14,018 nt of DNA, taken from assembly GCF_006345805.1 (NCBI RefSeq), contig NW_021825927.1, forward strand, positions 1 to 14,018. Reading direction: 5' to 3'. Position numbers and translations under genes: made by a program. Origin of the DNA: Octopus sinensis. Its lineage: Eukaryota. Shown here one piece after another: positions 1 through 9,814 of this stretch; the stretch's first letter is position 1, and each line of letters opens with the position of its first letter. A model generated the notes under the pieces. The model ran no database searches, was not told the origin of the DNA, and was given only the letters and a program-made list of their open reading frames with translations.

Positions 1-82
1 ACCAACACGAGTTGTCAAACGGTGATTAATTTGTTAATAATAAATAATTATTAGCTTTCTTATCTTTTGTTCTGCTATATAT

Positions 83-1245
83 AAGCTTTTGATATAGTTG
101 ATCGTGGAATGATATGCCACAAACTGCGCGATCTTGGCATAGCTGGAAAACTTCAGAAGTGTTTACGTGACTTTCTGAAATTTAGAAGTCAGGAATTAGT
201 GGCCAATGGAGCCACCTCAAAGCAAAACACAAATAGTGAGTGGTGTTCCACAGGGCACTGTCTTGGGACCCCTGCTTTTCATAGTGGCCCTCTCAGATAT
301 GCCCCCAGCTGCCCGAATAGCCACCCTTTCTGGTTATGCAAACGTTACGAAAGTCTCGCAGGAATTACAAAACCCCAGCGATGTTGCACGCCTGCATCAG
401 GAGTTGGACATAATTTACAGATAGGCTGAGGACAATAATATGCAGTTTAATGCTAGAAAAATCCAAGCCCTCCGCTACCAGCACCCAAAACTGAACAAAA
501 AGCTTACAAAGTACACTGGCGCAGGGATGATTACAATCTCAGAACCTAAATCAGTGCGTGACCTGGGTATCGACATGAGTGATGATACCTCTTTCCTAGT
601 GAACATTACCAAGATAGTGACAAAGTGCAGGCGGTTGGATGGATGGATCTTGAGAACCTTCAGAACCAGAGGGAAGAAAAACATGATGGTCTTCTGGAGG
701 ACATGCGTCTTCAACCGCCTTGGCTACTGTTCCCAGCTATCAATCCAGTGAAGCTTCACAAAGAAGATCGTTTCATTGCAACAGTTCAGCTATTGGAAAA
801 AGCTGAAACAGATAAGACTCTGCTCCCTGGAGCGAAGGCGGGAGAGATATGCAGTAAGATACATCTGGAAGATGCTGGCATGGATTGTGCCAAATTTTGG
901 CATTGAAATTCCACAATGGGTCGCCACTTCACAGATCCCAATAATGCCGTCGCGCTTCAGGACCAGTTACTGCAACAGCCTAGATTTCGAGGACCCACAG
1001 CTTTTTAACATTCTCCCAAAGAGCCTGAGGGACCTACACAAAGTGGATGTAGGTGTTTTCAAATCAAAACTGGATCTATACGTGTCGAGCGTCCCAGATG
1101 AACCCACCTCGCCGCAAGAGGTGCAAATGAGGGTTGCAAAATCAAACTCCCTTATTCATCAAGTGCCACATATCAGAGAAGGCTCTCAATAATAGCAGTG
1201 TAACAAAACGGTGGTGCCACAGTTTGGGTATGAAATACAAAATTC
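83..1245 (+). mobile_element. Decayed 5'-truncated CR1/L2-group non-LTR retrotransposon (C-terminal half of RT plus 3' end)
   Basis: Pieced across frames: AFDIVDRGMICHKL (85-126), GVPQGTVLGPLLF (242-280), degenerate catalytic YANV in place of YADD (335-346), MQFNARK, SVRDLGI, SYWKKLK..SLERRRERY, and QLFNILPKSLRDL...FKSKLDLYVSSVPDEP. This is the standard CR1-group RT motif order. Several frameshifts and stops. The 3' boundary is approximate. Confidence 0.9.
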
Positions 1246-1526
1246 ATGTATATGTGTACATGCAAAACGAGAGGAAGTAAAAAGTGGAGACTTTCAGGCG
1301 ATGAATATTTAAGTATAAATATATGGATATTATTATATTAATAGATGACACTTACTCAAGGTACAAACGACAGAGGAAGTTAAAAGGTGGAAGAAAGGTG
1401 TTGTAAGTCCACCAGCTGTTTCTGGGGGCTCGGAGGTCTACCGTAATGTTAGTAGATATAGTTCAACACAATATGCGACCGCAATGGAAGCAATCAACAT
1501 TGGTTAAGACTAGCCTCCGTCATCAG

Positions 1527-1529
1527 ATA

Positions 1530-1574
<45 letters not shown>

Positions 1575-1784
1575 GATGAAGATGATGATGATGATGACTA
1601 TGATAATGATGATCACGACGACGACGACGATGATCGCAGTGAGGATGGTGATGATGATATGGTGGTGGTGGTTGTGGTGAGGATGTTGATGATGGTAATG
1701 ATGATGACGATGATGATGATGATGATGATGCCGATGATGATGATAATCCTGATCATGATGACGACGATGAGCGCTGTGATGATT

Positions 1785-1816
<32 letters not shown>

Positions 1817-1894
1817 GATGATGATGATGATGACGATGATGGTGATGGTGATGATGATGGTGATGATGATGATGATGACGACGACGATGATGAC

Positions 1895-1940
<46 letters not shown>

Positions 1941-1971
1941 GTGACGACAACGATGATGACGACGACGATGG
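1527..1971 (+). repeat. ~445-bp (GAT)n trinucleotide microsatellite with GAC/GGT/GAA variants
   Basis: Read directly from the sequence. It explains the poly-D/M/H/I/S ORFs at 1446-2202. Confidence 0.97.
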
Positions 1972-2442
1972 TAATATTCGAGAACGAAATGAAAGTTTGG
2001 AGCAAAGAGCATATGTATATGTGGAACTACAAGCAGAGACGGTGGTAATGATGTCTTCCGCAGAGGATAATTTTCGTAAGAGGGGACGTAAAGAATGTCC
2101 TTCAAGTGCCGAACGGGAGAGAACAAAGGTGTTGGAGGGCAAAAGAAAGTACCAGTCGACGTCGGAAGTGTACAGAACATTAGTCAAAGACAGCCCTGTC
2201 ACTGCACGACGCCATGTTGAGATTTAACGAAACGTTTTACGAAAGTGTGGCGAGTTTGGTTGACGTGTTTTCGGGTTATATTCTCGGTTTAATGTTTTTT
2301 CCATGATGTCAAGGGCGAAAACAATGTTTTCACCAAATTCCTCAATGGGGAGGTACAGTTGTGGGGGGGGCGTGAGAGTAGCATAGCATGGAGGAGTTCG
2401 AGTGAACCCGCTGGAAGATGGGATGCATTAGAGAGTTCAATG

Positions 2443-2938
<496 letters not shown>

Positions 2939-3037
2939 ACAGAACACGGAAGGATACATAAGCATATATATATAAACAAATAAACAAATGAATAGACGTA
3001 CAAGAAAGTAGACTGGTCGAGAGATTTAAAAAGAAAC

Positions 3038-3038
<1 letters not shown>

Positions 3039-3080
<42 letters not shown>
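3039..3080 (+). repeat. (GATA)/(GA)n microsatellite
   Basis: Read directly from the sequence. Confidence 0.95.
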
Positions 3081-3084
<4 letters not shown>

Positions 3085-3308
3085 CGCATGAAAATTACTA
3101 CTCTTGGTAGCTGGAGAGGGAGGGAGGGAGTTTTACGAACAGACACAAAGTAAATAAGCGAGTAATGCGTAAGTAGGTTCCATGCTCAGTAAGACGGAAA
3201 CACGTAATTATTGGAGAGGCTTGAAGTTTTCATTAAAGGAAAACTATATACTTACTTAAATAATTATCTATCGCCAGTGTGTGTGCCTGTCTATACAGAC
3301 ATACGCGT

Positions 3309-3415
3309 GTATGTGTGTGTTAGTGTGTGTGTATATGTGTGTGTGTGTGTGTTAGTGTGTGTATATATGTGTGTGTGTGTGTGTGTGTGTGAGTGTGTGT
3401 GTGTGTGTGTGTGTG
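3309..3415 (+). repeat. (GT)n microsatellite, imperfect
   Basis: Read directly from the sequence. Confidence 0.95.
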
Positions 3416-3611
3416 AAGTCTTTTATTTGGTAGAGATTTTTAAAGAATTCAGTCTGTTTCGCTCCTACCTTAATCTGATCACAAATACCAGCAAAATAAA
3501 ACTAACTCTTTTATCCCCACAGAAAGATCGTAACAAAACACGATCTTCTTCTGGAAGTATTGAGTACTTTATTCTGTATGTATTAACTTTATTATTCTTA
3601 TTGTTGTTGTT

Positions 3612-3797
3612 GTGGTTTTCCTTCTTTCTTCAAATTTTCTTCCATTTCTTGCCGAGTGTTTTCCGTAATGCATTCCCAGATTACACACGCAAATTAACAG
3701 GTAAATATGCATTTAAAAAATTAATAAATTCATGAAAGGATGTTGTTTTCACAGTGATAATGGTCTTCTCAGTACATGAGTCCTTCTAGTTAACACG
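3612..3797 (-). mobile_element. Dong/R4-clade element, copy C: severely 5'-truncated (last ~15 codons plus 3' UTR)
   Basis: The minus strand 3796-3749 reads VLTRRTHVLRRPLSL*, matching the C-terminus of copy B (VLTGTSHVLRRALSM*). 3629-3664 matches the copy B 3' end (6132-6167) at 34/36 nt. Flanked by (ATT)n on the right and a degenerate ATT/GTT tract on the left. Confidence 0.8.
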
Positions 3798-3853
<56 letters not shown>

Positions 3854-3927
3854 CATCATCATCATTATTATTATTATTATTATTATTATATTATTATTAT
3901 GATTATTATAATATTATTATTATTATT
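3798..3927 (+). repeat. (ATT)n tract between Dong copies C and A
   Basis: Read directly from the sequence, with a few ATC/ATG interruptions. Confidence 0.97.
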
Positions 3928-4824
3928 CTATGTTTGACTTTGCTTTATATTTGTACAAGTTGGCTCCAAGTCTCACCCAGAGACCTCAAGAGACAACAGG
4001 TTGGAAGTTCATGTTGTTGTTATGCCTAGTGTGCCATATGTTTGGGAGTTGGGGATGTTGTACTAATGAATGTCTAAAAAAAAAGTTTTTTTTTTTTTTT
4101 TTTTTTTTAAACCGAAAATTATGTTTGTTTTAAACCTTGAGATTACATAGAGAGTATTTTGCGTAGGATATGAGCAGTTCCCATGAGCACTATCTTTTGA
4201 ACTTCTGCCATTTTTGGGTTTCCTGGTATCTGAGTTAGGTAGCTATCAGCCCCTTTTGCTATCATTCCCAGGGCACCTATGACAACAGGTATTGTTTTAG
4301 TCTTCAGCTTCCACATTTTGCTGATTTCTATTTCAAGATCTTTATATTTGCTCAGTTTTTGGTAGGTCTTGACAGATACGTTTATATCGATTGGGACAGT
4401 CATATCAATGAGGAGGCATGTTCTTTGTTTGAAGTCTTTCAATATGATGTCTGGCCTATTTGCATCTATCTTCCTGTCAGTTTGAATGGTGAAGTCCAGA
4501 GGAGTGAGATGTGGTCATTTTCAAGCACTGGGGGTGGTTTGTGTTCCCACCAGTTTTTTCATGGGGCAAATCCAGGTTTTTACAGATTACCCAGTGAATA
4601 TATTGTGCAGCTCTATCGTGCCTGTTGAGATACTCTGTAGGCGCTAGAAGACTGCACTTGGAGACCACATGGTCAATGGTTTCATTTTGTTGCTTGCATA
4701 CACGACACGTTGGACTGCTTCTGATCTTTAATATGTTGGCCTGGTAGTTCTTGTTGGTAGGCATTGATCTTGAGCTGCTATGATAAACCCCTCTGTTTCA
4801 GATTTTAAGCCAGAGGCCATTAGC

Positions 4825-4826
<2 letters not shown>
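3928..4826 (-). mobile_element. Dong/R4-clade non-LTR retrotransposon, copy A: 5'-truncated, zinc knuckle plus RLE plus 3' UTR
   Basis: Minus strand across three 1-nt frameshifts: WLMASGLKSETEGFIIAAQDQ, CCHC knuckle CRVC-X8-H-X4-C (4654-4707), RHD, LLW(D)F..TDRKIDANRPDIILKD, LLIDMT, KLSKYKDL, PVVIGALG, ending GTAHILRKILSM* (stop 4143-4145). The R-H-D/PD..D/K-Y motif set is characteristic of RLE clades. Both ends abut (ATT)n. Confidence 0.92.
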
Positions 4827-4861
<35 letters not shown>

Positions 4862-4887
4862 ATATGATTATTATATATATTATTATA

Positions 4888-4918
<31 letters not shown>
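4827..4918 (+). repeat. (ATT)n tract, partly degenerate (AT-interrupted)
   Basis: Read directly from the sequence. Confidence 0.95.
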
Positions 4919-4919
<1 letters not shown>

Positions 4920-4925
<6 letters not shown>

Positions 4926-5473
4926 TTGAGAAGCAGTGTATGACATCAAAGTGACACTGGGGTAAAATATACGAAACCCTGTATACCCATCATGACAACC
5001 CGTCTGATAAGGGTACACTAGGCACATGCATCACAACCATATGTGCCCGACATGATGATCTCATATCAATATAAACAGCACATGACCTTACAGGTGAGGC
5101 CCAGTTAGAATTTTCTTATGGTCGAGTAACCCATCCTGCTCAAAAGGTCCCTGAATAAGGGTTGTTTAAGGATGTTGAACGAAACATCCTTGTTTCCAAA
5201 AGTGAATTATTCAAACCCCAAAAATCCCTCTCAACACACGGCTATGATGCTCTCCCACTGCTTCTGCTCGTCATCAGAGATCCACATATCATCAGCCACG
5301 AAGGGACATGCTCAACTGGTTATGGTCAAACAACGAACAAGCAAATCTGTGGTATGGAGCAGAATATTTGCTGTAGCCCATCTTTTATACCAAGACAAAA
5401 CAATGTACATGATGACACTTCCAATCAGTTAAGATCAGAAGCCATGAGAGTCACTGCCTGGTACTGCATCAAG

Positions 5474-5475
<2 letters not shown>
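4920..5475. mobile_element. Unclassified ~555-bp non-coding interspersed element, copy X1
   Basis: Colinear end to end with 5515-6065 (about 21 substitutions over the first ~235 aligned nt, roughly 85-90% overall by eye). Bounded by (ATT)n on both sides. No ORF conserved between the copies, no TIRs, no clear tRNA A/B boxes. The duplication is seen directly; mobility is inferred. Confidence 0.6.

Positions 5476-5514
<39 letters not shown>
5476..5514 (+). repeat. Perfect (ATT)13 tract between X1 and X2
   Basis: Read directly from the sequence. Confidence 0.97.
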
Positions 5515-6065
5515 GAGTGAGAGAGCAGTTCATGCCATCAAAGTGACACTGGGGTAAAATATACGAAGCCCAATATACCCATCATGACTACCCGTCTGAT
5601 AAAGGTACACCAGGCACATGCATCACAACCATATGTGCGCGACATGGTGATCTCATATCAAGATAAACAGCACATGATCTTGCAGGTGGGGCCCAGTTTG
5701 AATTTTCTTCAGGTTGAGTAGCCCATCCCGCTCAAACGGTCCCCGAATAAGGGTTGCTTAAGGATGTTGAAAGAACCACCCATGTTCCAGAGGTGAACTA
5801 TTCAAACCCCAAAGCATCCCTCTCAACACATGGCTATGATGCTCCCCACTATCTGCTCGTGATCAGAGATGCACATATCGTCAGCCACTAAGGGACATGC
5901 TCAACTGGTTAAGGTCAAACAACTGACAAGCAAATCTGTGGTATTGAGCAGCAGAATATTGCTGTAGCCATCTTTTATACCACAGACAAAACACTGTAAT
6001 GAAACACTTCCAATCAGTTAAGATCAGAAGCCATGAGAGCCATGCCTGTGGTACTGCATCAGGGC
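5515..6065. mobile_element. Unclassified ~555-bp non-coding interspersed element, copy X2
   Basis: Runs from GAGTGAGAGAGCAG...CATCAAAGTGACACTGGGG to ...GGTACTGCATCAGGGC. Same ends as X1 and flanked by (ATT)n. Confidence 0.6.
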
Positions 6066-6116
6066 ATTTATTATTATTATTATTATTATTATATTATTAT
6101 TATATTATTATTATTA
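6066..6116 (+). repeat. (ATT)n tract between X2 and Dong copy B
   Basis: Read directly from the sequence. Confidence 0.95.
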
Positions 6117-8659
6117 CTTTTTTTTTCTTCTTTCAAATTTGCTTCCATTTCTTGCCGAGTGTCTTCCCGACTCCTAGGGCAAAGAAACTCATAGTATACA
6201 TTGGTAGGCCATTAAACCAAACTCAGTAGTTCGTTCATTTTTTTTTTTTTTAAGTTAAATTAAAATACATGAGCAGCAACAGTTCTCACATCGACAATGC
6301 TCTTCTCAATACGTGTGATGTACCAGTTAAGACAATATTTTGCACTTCTTGCAGGGATGGTAAGCCAGGGATCATTCTCATATAATTTTCGGTTCCCTTC
6401 TTGATCATTCCTAGTGCTCCTACGATCACTGGTATTGTAACCGCCTTGAGATGCCACATTTCTCAATTTCAATGAGTAGGTCTTTATATTTCTGAGCTTG
6501 TCAAACTCTTTCGCTGAGATATTATGATCACAGGGGATGCTCATGTCGATCAATAAGCAAACTTTATGTTTGGTCTTCACAACAATATCTGGTTATTGGC
6601 CTTGATGTTCGGTCTGTATGTACTGGAAAGTCCCACAGAATGGTTACATTTTCTCCTTCAGTTACAGCCTCAGGGTGGTGATTATACCACTTGTCGGCAG
6701 TTTTGATATTGTAATGCCGACTTATTAGCCAGTGGAGATATTGGCCAACTCTGTCATGTCTTAATTTATACTCCACTGGTGCTAAGACTTTACATCCAGA
6801 GATTAGGTGGTCCACTGTTTCAATCATGTCGTTGCAGAATCGGCATTTGGGTCTGCTCCATTTTTCATCACATTGGCCTGGTAGTTCGGGTTAATAGGCT
6901 TTGATCTTGAGCAGCCAGGATGAAACCTTCGCTCTCTGCTTTTAGCCTGAGCTCCGTAGCCACTGATGGGTTGCTTCTGGTCAACATCAGCTTGTTTGCT
7001 GCGGGTCACATATTTGCCGTGCAGAGGTTTCTCCTCCCACCTATCAGCCAATTGCTCGTGCGCTTTTTCATTGCCATCATTTTCACCTTCTTTGCAACAA
7101 TAGTTGCCGTACTTCCCTCGGGTTGTTCAGTTGGGTATCCTGCACGAGATCAATAGCACATTTTTTGCTTTCCTTTATGATAGAATGAAGCTTCTTTCGT
7201 CTCTCGTGATTTTCCACGAGCTTTAGCATCCAGTCATTCGATATTGCGAGATATTTGGCCAGTCCAATTGTGGTTGTTTTGTAAGCTAGTTCAAATTGGA
7301 TCAGGCTCGACCTCCTTGGGCTCTGGGAAGGTAAAGGCGATCTACGTCTGCCTTTGGGTGGTGCATCCTATTACAACTCAGCAGCTTGCGTATTTTCCTA
7401 TCTATATTCTTTACTTCACTCATATTCCAGTTCAACACATTGTAGCTATAAGTAACAACTGGAACTGCTAAGGAATGTATAGCTAACACCTTGTTACGTG
7501 CATTTAGTTCAGATTTCAGGACTGCACGAATCTCCTATAACATTCCTTCCTGATCTTCTCTTTCATGCTTGCATGCTGAATACCAGAGCCTTCATTTATC
7601 CCTAAATATTTGTATGTTGTTCTTGCTCAAGCTCTCTTATGACTGTGTCAACATCTAACACGACTGAATTTGTGGTCTTCACTTTCCCTTTCTGGAAAGT
7701 GGCCTTGGCACACTTCTCAAGTCCAAACTCCATCCCGATGTCATCGCTGAATGCTTTCACGGTGCGCAATAGGCCTTCAAGTTCATTATTGTCTTTACCA
7801 TAAAGTTTTAAGTCATCCATATAAAATAGATGGCTTATTTTTTTTATTGGCAATTTTATACCCATACCCTGTTCTGTTTAATTCACTTGTAAGGGGTATT
7901 AGGGCTATGCAGAATATTAAAGGTGAAAAATTCCACAGTTGATGTTTATATTTTCTGAGGCAAGTACTCCATTAGAGTGGTATAATTGGAGATTCGTATT
8001 CCACAACGACATATTGTGCTTCAGGAAGTTTGAAATCACAGAGGAAATTTTGAAGATGTCCAGCGATCTCAAGATCCATGGATGCGGTATACTGTCGAAG
8101 GCCTTTTTATAGTCAATCCATGCGGTGCTGAGATTTCTGCGCTTGTTGTGACAGTTCTCAAGGATCATACGATTGATTAGCAGTTGATCTTTGCATCCGT
8201 AAGAGCCTCGGCGGCACCCTTTTTGTTCAATGGGGAAAATATCGTTCCTCTCCATGAATGTATATGTTTCTCCGCCAGGATAGATGTTAGGATTTTATAC
8301 GTGGTGGATAGACAGGTTATAGGCCGATAGTTTTTTGGAAGGTTGGTTTCGTTATTCTTTGGGAGTAGGTAAGTAATGCCACTTGCTAACCATTCAGGTG
8401 TTTTTTTGGGTCTCTCATAATTCCATTGAGCAGCTGAACTAGCTTACCGTGTGCGCATGGGAGCGATGCGAGCCAGAAATTCGGCACCCTATCTTTACGG
8501 GGGATTTCCATTATGGGCCTTCGTGAGTGCCTTTCTTAGGTCTGCTATTGTGATGTCTTTCCATGCTTGTGTTGTAAATTTTGGTAGGATCCTTCAGTTT
8601 GTATATCCGTCTGCATTTATGTTGTACGTCTTCATGTCACTCCAAATCCTTTCCAAAAG
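6117..8659 (-). mobile_element. Dong/R4-clade non-LTR retrotransposon, copy B: 5'-truncated, ~2.5 kb (RT, thumb, CCHC, RLE, 3' UTR), frameshifted
   Basis: Minus strand, pieced across frames: FWKGIW, WKSPG.D.VPNFW, NYRPITCLST.YK, EQKGCRRGSYGCKDQLL, WIDYKKAFDSIPH, GIF (following QGDSL missing), SHLFYMDDLKLY (YMDD 7812-7823), FGLEKC, YKYLG, ADVDRLYLPRAQGGR, W..KPLHGKY, CRFC-X8-H-X4-C (6792-6845), RHD, ILWDF, LLIDMSIP, ending HVLRRALSM* (stop 6286-6288). Both ends abut (ATT)n. Confidence 0.95.
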
Positions 8660-8680
8660 TTATTATTATTATTATTATTA

Positions 8681-8740
<60 letters not shown>
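8660..8740 (+). repeat. (ATT)n tract at the 5'-truncation junction of Dong copy B
   Basis: Read directly from the sequence. Confidence 0.97.
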
Positions 8741-8741
<1 letters not shown>

Positions 8742-8743
8742 AT

Positions 8744-8962
8744 CGGTGAGGTGGTAGAATGGTTAGTACGCCGGGCCAAATGCTTAGCGGTATTTCGTCC
8801 ATCTTTACGTTCTGTGTTCAAATTCCACCGAAGTCGACTTTGCCTTTCATCCTTTCGGGGTCGATAAAATGAGTACCAGTTGCGTACTGGAGTTGGTATA
8901 ATCAACCTAACCCCTCCCTGAAATTGCTAGCTTTGTGTCAAAATTTTAAGCCAATAAAAAAA
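8744..8962 (+). mobile_element. tRNA-derived CORE-type SINE (resembles octopus OR-type SINEs)
   Basis: Pol III A-box-like TGGTAGAATGG (8752-8762), B-box GTTCAAATTCC (8816-8826), CORE-like GCCTTTCATCCTTTCGGGGTCGATAAAATGAGTACCAG (8842-8879), and an A-rich end. The family name comes from recalled consensus sequences, not a search. Confidence 0.8.
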
Positions 8963-9326
8963 TGTATTTTTATTTAGGTTTTTAGCGGCCGGGCGATATT
9001 CGACCGCCAAGGCGGCCATGATTGTACAGTATAAGAAGAACGCATTTATCGATGGCTAGTTGTTAACTTTTTCTCCGCTGATATAACAGATTGTTATTCG
9101 CTTTTTTATGAACGCTCATCAGTGTAGCGTAGTCTCTGTTTAACTTGGCCATATATTAGCGCGCTAATTACAATGTAATTATAGGAAATTCTACACATTT
9201 GCTGGCGTGATGTAAGAGAGAAATCGATTAAATATATTCTGGACGCTAACTAGATGATAATTAAAGAAGTGTAGAGGTGATAGCATATCTAACGTTCCGA
9301 ACACCAACATGCCAGAATAAATATAC

Positions 9327-9409
9327 GTTTATATATATATGTGTGTGTGTGTGTGTGAGTGTGTGTGTGTGCGTGTGCGTGAATATATATATATTATATA
9401 TATATATAT

Positions 9410-9450
<41 letters not shown>

Positions 9451-9779
9451 GTATATATGTATGTATGTAGTATGTATGTATATAAATATGTTTATATGTA
9501 TGTACTTATGTATGGCTACGTATGTATATATAGATGTATATATATGTATGTATGTATGTATGTATATAAATATGTATATATGTATGTACTTATGTATGTC
9601 TACGTATGTATATATAGATGTATATATGTGTGTAAATGTATAAATGTATACATATATAAATATGTGTATGTATATACATGAATGTTCGTATATATGTATG
9701 TGTATATATAAATGCATATATATTTATGTATGTATGTATATACATATATAGATATAGAAGGGATTATATACATATACAC

Positions 9780-9811
<32 letters not shown>
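9327..9811 (+). repeat. Compound (TA)/(GT)/(TATG)n microsatellite containing an 84-bp tandem duplication
   Basis: Read directly from the sequence. Landmark CTACG lies at 9516 and 9600, and TATAAATATG at 9481 and 9565. Confidence 0.95.
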
Positions 9812-9814
9812 CAC

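Noticed and set aside
5225-5310. Hammerhead ribozyme in X (CTGATGA/CTGACGA on the minus strand)
   Set aside because: There is no properly spaced GAAA with a G-C-closed stem II and no stem I pairing that I could build. An Rfam cmsearch would settle it.
5162-5557. 131-aa ORF in element X1 as a protein
   Set aside because: It starts at TTG, runs through the (ATT)13 tract, and is not preserved in X2 (indels and stops).
6026-6065. Weak resemblance of the right end of X to 5S rRNA (GATC..GAAGC..GCCTGGT..ACT)
   Set aside because: It needs several gaps over ~45 nt and lacks the rest of 5S, so it is consistent with chance.
4920-6065. X as a MITE or Helitron
   Set aside because: No terminal inverted repeats, and no TC...CTRR ends with a subterminal hairpin on either strand.
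3798-8740. CRISPR-like repeat-spacer array (ATT tracts separating inserts)
   Set aside because: The repeats are variable-length microsatellites, the inserts are 0.2-2.5 kb retroelements, the context is eukaryotic, and there are no cas genes.
8744-8830. A tRNA gene
   Set aside because: The A/B boxes are followed by a CORE-like body and tail, and no cloverleaf can be formed. It is a SINE head.
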